DNA of 64,000 nucleotides, from the NCBI GenBank assembly GCA_043228905.1, contig JBHGNT010000004.1, forward strand, positions 9,982,001 to 10,046,000, written 5' to 3'. Source of the DNA: Azolla caroliniana. Taxonomy: Eukaryota; Plantae; Polypodiophyta. The notes below the pieces were generated by a model that was not told the origin of the DNA, searched no databases, and worked only from the letters and a program-made list of their open reading frames with translations. Position numbers and translations under genes: made by a program. Positions 38,735 to 53,000 of the stretch are shown piece after piece. Positions within the stretch are counted from its first letter, which is position 1. Each line of letters starts with the position of its first letter.

Positions 38735-41700
38735 GTGGTTCCATTTCATCCGGTCAAGTTAGTCGAGTTTTCTCTACACAAGTGCCATCGAGTCCCAGCT
38801 TCTACCCTCTTAGACTTTGGAGCCAACTCTTGTTTCATGGATCGTGAGTTTGCTGTAATGCATAATATTCAGTTGCATAAGCTCCCAAGCCCAGTGTCAG
38901 TCGGAGTCATTGATGGACGCCCCATAGCATCAAGTGATATAGTTGAAGAGTCTGAACCAATTCATGTAGTCCTAGGCAATTTGGCTAGTGTCATCTCATT
39001 CAACATCATTAGTAGTCCAGACCACTCCCTAGTTCTTGGTCTTCCATGGTTTGAGCTACATAACCCAACTATTGATTGGAGAAAAAGAACCATTGAAGAG
39101 GTCACAATACTGTTTGAGCCTCTTAAAACTCCAACAAAGGATATGACATTCCAAAAGATTTCGACAATCTCTATACATCAATTATGTGAGGAAGGATGGA
39201 AGGAAGACATGTTGGTGTTCACAGTTTTAGCAACTCCCACATCGAGCTCACAAGAATCGGGGGTCCAACTACCGAAGAAATATATAGAATTCTCTGATGT
39301 TTTTGATAAGGTGAAGGCCAATAGACTACCAGAGCATCAACCATATGATTGCCCGATTGATTTGCAGCCCGGAAAAGAGCCTCCATGGGGGCCAATTTAT
39401 AACCTTTCACCCACGGATTTAGAGGTTCTTCAGGAATATATCGATGAGAACTTGGTGAATGGGTTTATCCAGCATTCAAGATCTCCTGCCGGCGCACCCA
39501 TATTTTTCGTTAAGAAGAAAGATGGTTCGCTTTGTCTGGTCGTGGATTATTGAGGATTGAATAAAGTAACTATTTGAAACCGATATGCTCTACCATTGAT
39601 TTCGAGCCTTCTAGAACGCCTCAATGGAGCTAAGTATTTCACAAAGTTAGATCTTCGAGGTGCTTACAATCTTGTTCGAATTCGTCCTGGGGATGAATGG
39701 AAGACTGCTTTTCGTACTCGCTATGGCCATTTTGAGTATACAGTGATGCCATTTGGTCTCACAAATGCACCAATAGTTTTCCAACATATGGCGAATGACA
39801 TTTTTCGAGATTTCCTCGATATTTTCGTCATAATTTACCTAGATGATATCTTAATCTACTAAAAAACTCAAGAGGATCATGATATACATGTTCGACAAGC
39901 TTTGCAACGGTTGCGTGAATATGGTCTCTATGCAAAATTGGAGAACTGCAGTTTTGACCAGCGTCAAGTGGAATTTTTGGGGTACATAGTCTCTTCACAT
40001 GGCATCTCTATGGATCCAGCAAAGGTTCAAACAGTTTTGGATTGGCAAACACCATAGTCTGTGCGAGATGTACAATGTTTTATAGGGTTCGCAAACTTTT
40101 ATTGCAAGTTCATCAAAGACTATTCAAAGATCGTATTGCCCCTCACTCAACTGACACAGAAGAATCAACCATTTGTGTAGAGTATAAATGCAAACTCTTC
40201 ATTTAAAGGATTAAAGCAAGCATTTACATCTGCACCAATTTTGATGCATGTTGATCCATTGAAGCGCTTTATACTGGAAGCTGATGCATCCGACTTCGCA
40301 CTAGGAAGCGTATTATCCCAGATTAGCAATGATGGCCAACTGCACCTTGTGGCTTTTCATTCACGGAAATTCGAAGCTGCAGAAATCAACTATGAGATTC
40401 ATGACAAAGAGCTTCTTGCCATTGTGGATTCTTTTCAACAATGGCATCATTTTTTGGAGGGTTCGTCTCAACAAATCATTGTCTATAATGATCACAAAAA
40501 TCTAACGTACTTCCAAAGTGCTCGAGTCTTGAGTCGTTGACAAGCTCGTTGGGCGCAAATTTTAACTCTTTTTTATTTCGTAATTCTATATCGCCCTAGG
40601 ACACAAAAGGCAAAGCAGATGCTTTATCTCGGCGTTCATATATAGAACTTCAACCAGGAGAGGCCACATTTGAAAATCAGAAGCAAATCCTCTTTGGTCC
40701 TGACCGTCTACGACTAATGGCTTTTCATGCTATAGACACACCCGAGGATTCAAGTCTTCTAGACTCCATTCGGGAGCATATTGAGACTGATGAATTTGCC
40801 CAAGATATTCTGAACCACATTATCCCAGATCGTGCTTCTTGTTCACAATCTCAAAATCCTCATCAAGACGACAACCGGTTCAATTGGCATGATGGTTTTC
40901 TTTTTCGACAAAATCTCTTATATGTCCCTGATGGTCCTTCTCGACTCCAAGTCTTGCAACAAAGTCATGATACACCAATGGCTGGACATTTTGGCATCCA
41001 CAAGACTTTGGCGTTAATATCTTGAAGGTATTGGTGGCCACGACTTCGCCATTTTGTTACGGATTATGCTCGTAGTTGTGATACATGTTGCCGATCCAAA
41101 AAACCTCGACATCATCCATATGGCTTATTACAGCCAATGCCTATTCCTGAGAGTCCATGGAAATCTATTTCATTGGACTTCATTACGGATCTACCACCTT
41201 CCAAGGGTTTTGATTCTATTCTCATGGTAGTAGATCGTTTTACCAAGATGGCACATTTTCTTCCCTGCACAAAGGCCATTACGAGCCAAGAGACAACTGA
41301 GTTACTCATGCGAGAGGTGTTTCGGCATCATGGTCTTCCTGATGATATTATCAGTGATCGGTGTCCCCAGTTCATCTCAAAATTTTGGCGACACATGTTC
41401 AAACTCTTACATACTTCTTGCAAACTCTCTTCCAGCTACCATCCAGAAACTAATGGACAGAGTGAGCGCACCAACCAAACAATAGAACAATATCTTCGTT
41501 GTTTTGTCAACTATCAACAAGATGATTGGGTTGATCTATTACATTTGGCGGAATTTGCTTACAACAACTTAGAACATTCTTCTACTGGATATTCCCCATT
41601 TTTTGCAAACATTGGGTACCATCCTCGTTGGACTATGCTTGAACATCCCGAACTCCCGACAAACCCGGCTGTTGAAGATCAGCTCACTCGACTCCAAGAA

Positions 41701-42192
41701 GTTCAACATATCCTTTTGCACCATTTATGTGATGCTCAAAACACTCAAAAGAAGGTTGCCGACCGTCATCGACGTGATTCATCGACTACGTTTCAAGTGG
41801 GAGTTCGAGTATGGCTTTTACAAGGTCACATTAAAACAACCCGACCTTGCTGCAAATTGGATTATCAACGTTTTGGCCCATATGTGATATCTGGTAAGAT
41901 CAATGATGTGGCATTTCGTCTTGACCCCCCACCTCTAATCGAAGTTTCGGATGGCTCCGAATATGAAGTTGCTGCCATTCTCGACTCCAAGATCATTCAC
42001 AACAAACTGTATTATTTGGTTGACTGGTTAGGTTATACACCTAATGATCGAACATGGGAACCTCTTGAGAATCTTGCTAATGCCTTCGAAATGGTTGCTG
42101 CGTTTCACAACAAATATCCTCATAAGCCAAGTCCAAAATCTTGTCTTCCGACTCGTGGAACTCGTCGTCGAAAAGGGGGGATAATGTCATGA
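38735..42192 (+). pseudogene. Gypsy pol (aspartic protease, RT, RNase H, integrase, chromodomain) with stops and frameshifts
   Basis: LLDFGANSCFMD; FFVKKKDGSL; LDLRGAY; MPFGLTNAP; YLDDILIY; EADASDFALG; ISLDFITDLP; chromodomain EYEVAAILD...YLVDWLGY...TWEP. Confidence 0.92.
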
Positions 42193-42830
42193 CGACATAC
42201 ATTTTGGCCTTACAAGGATTCGAGCCCAATACATCTTGGTCTATATGTTAAACCTTTAACCATTATACTAACATATATGATGTATCAGTATAATAAATGT
42301 ATTATTAGTTATTACAAGATATTTAGAGTATTCTCGAACATTCTAGGATATTCCATGATTATATTAAATATCATAAATATCTAAAATATTCTAGAACATT
42401 CTAGAACACTCCATAAGGACCTATAAATAGGTGTCTATTCATTCATCACAACCCATTCGGTTCAACACTAGTTTGTAGCCCCTTAACCTACTCTTTGTAA
42501 TCCTTGCTCTCTTATAATATAAACTCTCTTTCCATTTCTAGTGTTCTTTCTCTCTCTCTCTCTCTCTCTACCTTCTATTGTCATCTTATTTTTCTCTCTC
42601 CTATTCTCAAGTCACGACAGTACGTAGGCATATTTTTGGGAGTCAGCGTCTGATGCTCTGTATGAGCATTAAAGTACTTGTCAGTACTTTAGTCAGTCCT
42701 TTAAGGACTTGTATAAATAGTGTTGTAAAGCACAATTGTATGTACAGAGTCTTTGAGTAATTTTGAAATTTAAGGTTTCTGCTTGAACTCTGTCTCTCCC
42801 ACGTACTATGTTAAGCTTCCATTAAACCTT

Positions 42831-43310
42831 TGTTGAGTGAGCAAGCTCAACTGGATCTGGATCGGCTGGATAATCCTGAGCCGGATCGGCATCTGGAACT
42901 AAGAGTCGGATCGGTAACTGGATGGTATCCGGAAACAACCGGCCGGATCGGGGAGACAGATTGGAGAGCCGGATTCGAGCGGGAACCAGAAGCCTAGTAG
43001 TAGCCTAGACTACTAGGTAATCATTGTCTCGTACTTAGTGTCAATCGCTCATATGAGCATTGAAGTACCTGTAAGTACTTTTGTCAGTCGTTTATGGATT
43101 TGTATAAATAGTGTTGTTATAGCACATTGTATGTACAGAGTTAACAAAGTGTGTTTATGATTTTTGAATCTACGTTTACGTTCTGCTCTCTCTGTCTCTC
43201 CTGCGTATACTCTCTGTGCATTAAGCTTCTCCATTAAACCTTCATCTTATTCTCTATTGCTATCCGGCTGAGCCGGTTCTGTCTAACGCTTCTGCACATT
43301 AACATTCACA
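42831..43310 (+). mobile_element. Solo LTR of Copia family A inserted inside a family-A LTR
   Basis: TGTTGAG...TTCACA flanked by perfect TSD ACCTT (42826-42830 and 43311-43315). Confidence 0.88.
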
Positions 43311-44124
43311 ACCTTCATCTTTGTGTTCTGTTGCTATGCGGCTCAATCGGTTTTGTCTACGCTTCCGCACTTTCACTTTTTCATGGTATTAGAGCGTGAG
43401 GGTTGAGAACCTCTGCTGCCGACAAACGACTTCAATAGACAAACCCTAACGATCGGTAAAGAACAAGAAGGAGAGAATGAACCGAGGAATGACTATCTTG
43501 CTCTCGACAGAACCAACTACGCACCTTGGTTGTACAAGATGCACTAGTACCTGCTCGGGCATGGCTACTAGAGTTATGTCGACGGAGCCCACGATACAAC
43601 ACTGATGTGGCACACAGGGACTTTCCGGCTTGGGAACAAGCGACAAGTAAGGTGATGTACTGTTTTGCCTCTAGTGTCGCCGATCAACTGCTTAGCCATA
43701 TTTGGGATGCCAAGTCGCCAAAGGAAGCTTGGGGAAACCTGAGAAAGGTCTTTGCTGCAAGCACCACGAACCGAAAGCTGCAACTCCGACAGGAGTTGAG
43801 AAATGTTCGATAGAAGGATATGTCTGTGGCCGACTACATGGCCCGGATTAAAGACATCTACAACTCACTTGACTCCATCAATGTGACCGTCGAGGAAGAT
43901 GAGATGTTGCAGGTCTGTCTCGGGGGCCTGGCGTCAAAGTTCAGAGCATTCCGGATGGCGGTATGTACAAGAGAGAATACACCTTCGTTTTTCGACTTAC
44001 AATCGATGCTCCTTCTAGAGGAGAACCACACGGGTGCGTCAATGACTACGCACACTGACAACAAGATGTTGTACATGGAGGAAGAGAGGTCACATGGTCG
44101 TGGCAGACGAGGTGGGTCGGCATG

Positions 44125-47100
44125 TGTTGAGAGACAAGCTCAACATTTGTGTGTAATACGATGCGTAACCAGTGCGTAGACTGGGTGCATAAAACCGGTA
44201 CGCAGACGGGTGCGTAAACCAGAAGGCCGTTAGAAAGATATTCCTCGTAAGGAATAGTTTTGGGAGTAAGTGTCGAGGCTCATTTATGAGCAGTCAAGTA
44301 CTGTCAGTACTTGTGTCAGCCCACTGTCAGGGCTTGTATAAAAGTGCTCATTGAGCACATCCTATGTACAGATTGAGTATTATTTTTCGAATTTAAGTTC
44401 GTGTGTTACTCTCTCTTTGTCTCTCCCGTGCGTACTGTGAAAACCTAAGCTTTCCATTAAACCTGCGTTTTCTGTTGTTCGGTTTTCCTATATTGCTTCC
44501 GCACGCCATTCTTTTCATGGTATCAGAGCGCGAGGGTTGAGAACCTCTGCAACTGACTTTGCTTGAAGGAAAAACCAACAAAGAAGAACAAGAAAAACGA
44601 TGGACAGAGGAATGGCTAGCTCGCTTCCAACGGAGAAGCTCGACAGAACCAACTACGCATCTTGGTCCTACAAGATGCACCAGTACCTGCTCAGACACGG
44701 TTACTGGAGCTATGTCGATGGAGCAAATGACACAGCACCCGATTCGACACACAAAGACTTCCCGGCGTGGGAACAATCGGCGAGCAGAGTGCTATACTGC
44801 TTCGCGTCTTGTGTGGGTGAACAACTGCTAAGCTACGTTCGGGATGCAAAAACGCCCAAGGGTTCATGGGAAAATCTAAAGAAGATTTTCGCCGCGAGCA
44901 CCATAGCTAGGAAGCTTCAGCTTCAATAGGAGTTGAGCAACCTACGACAATGCGATTTGTCGGTGGCTGACTATACCTCGAAGATTAAGGACATATGCGA
45001 CTCCTTAGCTTCCATCGATGTGAACATCGAGGAAAGCGAGATGGTCCAGGTCTGTCTCGGGGGTTTGGCATCAAAGTTCGGGGCGTTCAGAACTGCAGTA
45101 TGTACCCGGGAGAATACGCCGTCCTTTTTCGACTTACAGTCGATGCTCCTGGTAGAGGAGAACCACGCGGGTGCGTCGACGAGCACGCACACCGACAACA
45201 AGATGTTGTACATGGAGGGAGAAAGGCCCCGTGGTCGTGGTGGACGAGGCGAGTCGGTACGCAATGGAGGCGGCTGACGGGATCAAGGAAGAATGCACCG
45301 AAGTGATACCTACAGCAATTCCGGACCCTCCGGAAACAGGGGGAGTCGAGGCGATGAGAACCAGAAAGGGAAATCCGCCACGAAATGTTGGTACTATGGC
45401 AAGAAAGGCCACAGGGAGAGCGAGTGCTGGAAGAAGCGCGCCGAGTCGGAGAGGTTTGGTTTTGGACATACCGACAAAGGAAATCCGCAGCGATCGCACT
45501 ACGCCGAAGGATTCGGAAAAGCCGGAAAAGGGTCAGTCTTCGTGACGAGACACGAAGCCAACTCAATGAAACAGTCCGCCCCAAAATCAGACGAGGTGTG
45601 GTATGTTGACTCCGGCGCGTCAAACCACATGACGTGCCACAAGGAGTGGTTCTCATACCTTGAGAAACCAACGTAACCAGGAGTAGTCGCAACTGGAGAC
45701 GACACTCTGCATCCGATCGCGAATGTCGGTGAAGTTCCCTTGAGCCATGTCGGGCAGAAAGGGAAACTTATGAACGTGTTACACATCCTGACCATCACGA
45801 AGAATCTGGTGTCGGTCGGGCAGATCATCGACCAGGGGATGCAGGTTCGGTTTACGCATCTTGGGTGCTTCATTGAGGAAGAAGGCTGTATTATTGCGCA
45901 AGGGCGCAGAGATGGGAGGATGTTTATCCTCGACTCTACTGACGGTGGCACCACAATGTTCGCGAAGGGACAAAAAGTCGAGTTAGACATCGACTTATGG
46001 CACAAACGGATAGGCCACGTCAACTACCAGCGGCTTCAAGACCTGCAATCGAAACAAGTGGTGTTTGGATTGCCCAAATTTAGTGGCCGGAAGGCACAAA
46101 TTTGTGAAGCCTGCCAGCTTGGGAAGCAACACCGACTTCCTTTCCCAAACGAGCGTAACCGGAGCCGGAACAAGCTATAGACTTGATACACTTTGATGTG
46201 TGGGGGCCGACACAAAACGTTAGTCTTGGCGGGAGCCGATATTTTGTCTCCTTCATCGACGACTACACGCGGCACACGTGGATCTACCTCATTGAGAGGA
46301 AAAGCGAAGTCTTCAACTGTTTCTGGGACCTCAAAGGGTTCGTGGAAATGGAAACATGAAGAAAGATCAAGTGCCTGCGGTCGGATGGCGGAAAAGAATA
46401 CTTTTCCGGTCAATTCAACGGTTATCTACAACAAATGGGAATTCGGCACAAATTCAGTTGTAGATACACGCCGGAGCAAAACGGCGTGGCCGAGAGAAAA
46501 AATCGGTCAGTTGTGGAAGCTGCACGCGCAATGCTGGAGGAGAAGAGCTTGCCCAAGTTCTATTGGGCCGAGGCGGTAAGAACCATTGTATACATCCAAA
46601 ACCGGATCGGAGAAAAAGTGTCGGCGCACGAGCTATACTTTGGAAGAAAGCCGAACTTGCGACACTTACAAGTTTTCAGTAGCATTGCATATGTACATGT
46701 GCCGAAGGAGAAAAGGAGGAAGTTGGACGCAAAAGCCGAGAAGTGTATCTTGGTCGGCTATTCGGACGAGCAGAAGGGTTATAAGTGCTATAACCCGCGT
46801 ACCAAACAACCGCGCGTGAGCCGCGACGTTGTGTTTGATGAGTCCGCGTCCTGATACTTGCCTCCGACTCTAGACCTCACCTCCAATCCGAGTTCTGACG
46901 ACGAGGACAACGAGGCCGAGGTGCCTCCGGCTGAGCTTGAAATCGGGACCCTCGAAGAGAGACCGATTTTGGTTCGGTTAAGTGGACCGAATGGATGATT
47001 GAGTCGGTATGACCAGTCCGATGAAGAGCCGGCGAGTAGTGGAGACTCGGCCGTGCATTCCCCGCGTAGGAAGCCGAGGAGCGCGAAGAGAAAGGGAAGA

Positions 47101-49798
47101 AGAAGGTGTCGGATTCCGGCACGGACAGGAACGGGTCGGACCGACGTGAGTTCGACTTCGAGGGAAGCGGCGACGGGCCTTCAGGAACGAAGTCTGCGTC
47201 GGCCGAGAAGACCTCGACATCGGCAAATGACCGATTATGCCGATCTACCCGCCAAAAGAACCCAGTTGTGCGGTTCGGATACAACGAGTACATGGCGCAT
47301 CACTATGCATACATGACCCGTGTAGCGGAAGTGCGTGAGCCGGAGAGCTACGCAGAAGCGGCGAAGGACGCGAATTGGCGCGCCGCGATGGAGGAAGAGA
47401 TGCACGCATTGGCGGAAAACGAGACCTGGGACCTGGTTGATGCACCGAAGGGTGTGAAGCCGATCGGATGTAGGTGGGTGTACAAAGTTAAGTACAACAC
47501 CGACGGCTCCGTCAACTGATACAAGGCCCGGTTAGTGGCAAAAGGCTATGTGCAGAAACACGACATCGACTACGATGAGACGTTCACGCCGGTCGCAAAG
47601 ATGACGACCGTCCGTGTTTTGCTCACGGTAGCCGCGGCCAGGGGTGGCATCTACATCAGATGGATGTAAAGAATGCATTCCTACAAGGTGAGCTTGAGGA
47701 CCAAGTGTACATGGTACAACCCCCCAGATTTCACTCCGGAACGAACACGTCGGTAGTATGTCAATTGAAGAAGTCCCTTTACGGATTGAAGCAAGCCCCG
47801 TGTGCCTGGAATGCAAAAATCACGCATCGGCTACGTCGGATGGGCTTTGCGACGTCAAAATCGGACTCCTCATTGTTCATTCGGAAAGGTCGACTCGGGC
47901 CGGTCAGTATTTTACTCTATGTTGATGACTTGGTCATCACCGGCGCCGACCTAGGTGAAATCAACCGGGTGAAGCTCCAGCTTGCGGCATCATTTGACAT
48001 GAAGGATCTTGGGGACCTTCATTACTTCCTCGGGATCGAAGTGATCCGCACCCTCGAAGGCATACTAATCAGCCAACGTCATTACGCATTGAATATGCTC
48101 TTCAAATTCGGGATGGCAGACTGTAAGTCCGTCTCGACTCCTCTGGATAGAACTGTCAAGCTTCGCCCCAATTCCGGCAAGGTTTGTGATCCGACAAGGT
48201 TCCGACAAGTTGTCGGAAGCCTTATCTACTTGACCATCACCCGACCCGATCTCAGTTATCCGGTCGCGGTGATCAGTCAGTTCATAGCGTGACCTACCGA
48301 GGAGCACCTTCAGTGTGCGCAACGCGTACTGCGGTACGTAAGCGGCACTAAGGACCGCAGACTGCTATATCGGACCGATACAGCCCCGCAGTTGGTCGGC
48401 TACACTGATGCCGACTGGGCTAGCAATGTCGCCGATCGCCGATCCACGTCCGGACATGCGTTCTCTCTTGGGAGTGCCGCGATAGCGTGGAGTAGCAAGA
48501 AGCAGCCGATAGTTGCACTGTCGAGCACCGAAGCCGAGTATAGAGGAGCAGCTGTCGCAACATGCGAAGCCACCTGGTTGAAGCGGCTACTTAAGGATCT
48601 GCAGGTGGAGGTGTGCGATCCAACGACGATCTACTGCGACAACCTCAACAACATCCAACTCGCGAAGAACCCCGTCTTCCACGCCTGGACCAAGCACATT
48701 GAGGTGCACTACCATTTTGTCCGTGAGCGTGTCCTTTCTGGTGAAGTCAAACTTCAATATGTTCCGACAGATCGGCAGACCGCCGACATCTTCGCCAAGC
48801 CTCTTGGTCTGGACAAGTTGCGGCAATTTTCGAGTGCGCTTGGGTTGCGTCACTTCGACATGCCGAACTTGAGGGGGAGAAACGTCCCAGATGACCACGA
48901 AAGGGAGCAGGAAAGGAGCGGAAAAGACCTCGAATCGGCTGAAGAAGCCGAGAGCGGATCCGCGGAAGAGTCCGAAAGCGGAGACAAGGGGAGTAGCCAA
49001 AAGAAAGAGCCAAAGCCAACCAGGCATGGGGGAGATGACGCCGTCAAGGGCGAGAAGACCGGAGACGAGTTGGAGACAGCCAACTCGGATGAGAGCTCGG
49101 ACGAGAGCGAAAACCGATCGGAGGTAGCCGAGTCAGTTCGGATGTTTGATTCAGATACACTGAATCAACTGAGGGCCAAGCGGAAAAGAAGGCAGCAGGA
49201 GAAGCGCCAACACCGCGACAGCAAGGGACCTGTGAAGGGCCGTGGGAGCAGACAAGCCGACCAGAAGGGTCGAAGCGCGAGGAGTCGAACAGGCCGAGGA
49301 GTGCGAGTGAGGCGTGGAGCTAGGAGAAGCCGAAGCGTAGGTCCGGCAGAGCAGGCAGAACCTCAAGTTGAGCTTGAGGGGGAGTGTTGAGAGACAAGCT
49401 CAACATTTGTGCGTAATACGATGTGTAACCAGTGCGTAGACTGGGTGCATAAAACCGGTACACAGACCGGTGCGTAGAAAGGTCGTATTGGTGCGTAGAC
49501 CAGAAGGCCGTTAGAAAGATATTCCTCGTAAGGAATAGTTTTGGGAGTAAGTGTCGAGGCTCATTTATGAGCAGTCAAGTACTGTCAGTACTTGTGTCAG
49601 CCCATTGTCAGGGCTTGTATAAAAGTGCTCACTGAGCACATCCTATGTACAGATTGAGTATTATTTTTCGAATTTAAGTTCGTGTGTTACTCTCTCCTTG
49701 TCTCTCCCGTGCGTACTGTGAAAACCTAAGCTTTCCATTAAACCTGCGTTTTCTGTTGTTCGGTTTTCCTATATTGCTTCCGCACGCCATTCTTTTCA
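44125..49798 (+). mobile_element. Full-length family-A Ty1/Copia (element B), gag-pol interrupted by stops
   Basis: LTRs 44125-44517 and 49385-49798 (differ by an indel of about 21 bp and a few substitutions), TSD GCATG, PBS TGGTATCAGAGC at 44518, PPT 49373-49384. gag from 44600; protease WYVDSGASNHM; integrase WHKRIGH, CEACQLGKQ, PEQNGVAERKNR; [15 protein letters not shown]; RNase H DADWA, LSSTEAEY. Confidence 0.96.
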
Positions 49799-49951
49799 GC
49801 ATGCAATGGAGGTGGCCGACAAGAACAAAACCGAAGGCATAATCGAAATGCTAACAGCAATTCCGAACCCTCTGGAATTAGGGGGAGTCAAAGTGGCGCA
49901 GGAAACCGACAAGGAAAGGCCGAAATAGAATGTTGGTACTGTGGTCGGAAG

Positions 49952-50039
49952 TGTTGAAGACAAGGCCGTCAATGCGGAAGATCAAATAGCATTCGATTCG
50001 AGTTGAGTACCTGCGTCTGACAGTTTCCAAGATCGTGCA

Positions 50040-50088
<49 letters not shown>

Positions 50089-53000
50089 AGAGAGACACAC
50101 AAAGACTCTTTCTATTCAATAGAAACAATAATACAACCAACCTTACAAAAAGGTTACTAGGTCACTTTATATAGTGACCGACTTAGGGCAACTACCATTT
50201 ATGCTAATTACACAAATGGCCCAAACTTGAGCTATACAAAGGGATAGTGTGAATACGTCCATTATACACTTGTATTCGACACTCCCCCGTAATGGGCGTA
50301 TACATGGGTTATCTAAGATTACAGGTATAAACCTAGGTTCTCGGACATATCAGTTTTGTTCGAGTCGGCAGGGTCCGAAGGCAGAAGACCGGACTGGTCG
50401 GGTCGGAAGAGTTGAAGCCGATCATTAAGGAACTGATGTCGGTTGTCTGAAACCATCCTGCGCTGTGTCCGGCTCTAACCGGACTGGTTTGTCGTTACGC
50501 CCATCTGATGCCGAAGGGACCGAAAGCGGTCTGCCGAAAGACATTTGGTCATTCCATCTGCGACATTGTCGGTTGTGGATATTTTCTCTAGACCGATTTT
50601 CCCTGAAATGACGCAGTCCCGAACGAAGTGATATCGAATGTCGATATGTTTGGAGGTGTTGTGGTGAACCGGATTTTTCGACAAGGCAACAGCACCTTGA
50701 CTGTCGCTATAGACAACTGGGGCCGAGTCATGGTCGACTTGTCGAAACGTGTGCGCCAGCCGGCCGAGCCACAAAGCTTCTTTTGCAACGTCGGACGCAG
50801 CTACATATTCTGCTTCGGTCGTTGAGGTCGCTGTGCACTCCTGAAGTTTCGACTTCCACGAAATTGCTCCATTGCCGAATTTGAAGCAGTATCCAGTTGT
50901 TGATTTCCGACTGTCTATACAACCGGCGAAGTCCGAGTCGGTGTAACCGACTACGCCTGAGGTTGAGTTCGGACCGAAAAGAATGTCGTGGTCTTTTGTG
51001 CCAGCCAGATATTTGAACACATGCTTGACTGCGTTCCAATGCGATCGGCCAGGATTGTGCATAAATCTGCTAACGACTCCTACGGCATGAGAAATATCAG
51101 GCCGTGTCGCGACCATCAGGTACATAAGGGAGCCGACTGCCGGTGCATACGGTACCGACTTCATATCTTCCCCCTCCGGACCGGATGTCGGGCAGTCTCG
51201 CTGAGAGAGCCGAAGATTCATGGGGAGCGGGGTTGAAGCAGATTTGGCTGATTGCATGTTGAAGCGTTCCAAGACACGTCCGATATAGTCGGTCTGAGAC
51301 AAAAAAAGATGTCGTTTATCGCGATGCCGACTAATCTTCATGCCAAGTATGTGTCGTGCCGGACCGAGGTCCTTCATGGCAAACTTCAACCGCAATTGCC
51401 GAATGAGATCGGCAAGTTCGCCCGCGTGGCGTCCAGAAATTAGCATGTCGTCCACGTAAATGATGAGGAAGATGGGTGATCCATCTTGAGCTGTGTTGGT
51501 AAAAAGACAATGGTCCTCATCGCTTTTTGAGAAGCCGATCGATTGGATGAAGTCGTCGAACTTCTTGTACCATTGTCGCGGTGCCTGTTTGAGGCCGTAT
51601 AGACTCTTCCTGAGTCGGCAGACTAGATGTTCTTGGCCAGTTGCCACGAAGCCTTTTGGCTGCTCCATATAAATTTCCTCTTCAAGATCACCATGGAGGA
51701 AGGCTGTTTTGACATCTAGCTGAATCAGCTCCAAGTTGTCGGCTGCCACTACGCCGAGTAGGAAACGAAGGGTTGTCATTTTCACCACTGGTGAAAAAAT
51801 CTCGTCGAAGTCGACGCCATATTCTTGTCGGAAGCCCTTCGCAACTAATCTGGCCTTGTACTTTGGGGTGGTCGAATCAGACGTCTCTTTTAGTCGATAA
51901 ACCCACTTGCAAGGAAGAGCACGTCGATTCTTAGGTAATTCGACCAGATCCCAAGTCTTGTTTGCCCGAATGGAGTGTATTTCCGACTCCATCGCCAGAT
52001 GCCAGGTGGCTGAATCGACAGATGTCGATGCTTCTTCGTAAGACGTCGGTTCGCCGGCGTCGGCGAAGAAAATTCCAGGAGAATACCTCTCCGGAGGTTG
52101 CGACAGTCTCTCGGATCGTCGAGGTATGATTGGACTGGTCGCATCGGGTATCGAGGTCGGATGGTCCGAAAGCGAATTGTTCTGCTGTGCCGAGTCAGAG
52201 TTGTCCGAGTCGGTGGTGTAAGGTTCAGCTACCCGTGAAGCTGACCGTGTGTTAAGAGCGGGGCCTTCTTGAAGGGTCGGCACATCGGAAAATGTTACCC
52301 TTCGGACTTCGATCGGTTTTTCGACTGATGGATTCATAGCCGACTCGTTGAACACAACGTCCGAACTTCGAACGATTTGTCTGCGTTCGGGGTCCCAGAG
52401 TCGGTATCCCATTTCGCCGTCTGATCCATATCCAAGGAAAATGCATTTCCTGGACCGAGGTGCAAGTTTTCGGCGATCATCTTTCGGAATAAGGGCGTAT
52501 GCCTTGCATCCGAAGATCCTCAGCTTGTCGTAATTCGGTTACTGCCGATCCATAGTTCCTGAGGAATTTGAAGTCCTAGAGGTCTGCTTGGCGACATATT
52601 GATTATGTGTACTGCCGTGAGTAGAGCCTCTGCCCAGAAGCCATCCGACAGTCCGGAGTGTTGGAGCATGGAAACTATCCGTTCTTGGATTGTCCGATTC
52701 ATGCGTTCTGCAATCCCGTTTAGCTCCGGACTGTGTGGTGCCGTAAATTCACGTCGGATGCCGCGTTGTCGGCAGAATTTGACGAATTCTTCTGATTTGA
52801 ACTCTCCCCCATTGTCGATCCGAAAGCATTTCTTCTTTCGGTCAGTTTGATTTGCTACCATAGCGAGCCAATCGGAGAAGATCGAGAAGACACGATCTTT
52901 GGTGCGAATTGGATAAGCCCACACCTTTCGAGTCGAATCGTCAATAAAACTGACGAAGTAAGAGGCACCGCCGAGAGACTGATGCGGCATTGGGCCACAA

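Larger units (their letters stand above)
37016..42619 (+). mobile_element. Ty3/Gypsy chromovirus (Tcn1-like), full length, pol decayed
   Basis: LTRs 37016-37459 and 42185-42619 (TGTCAT...A(T/C)GACA), perfect TSD GTACG, PPT about 42171-42184. Domain order gag-PR-RT-RH-IN-chromodomain. Confidence 0.96.
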
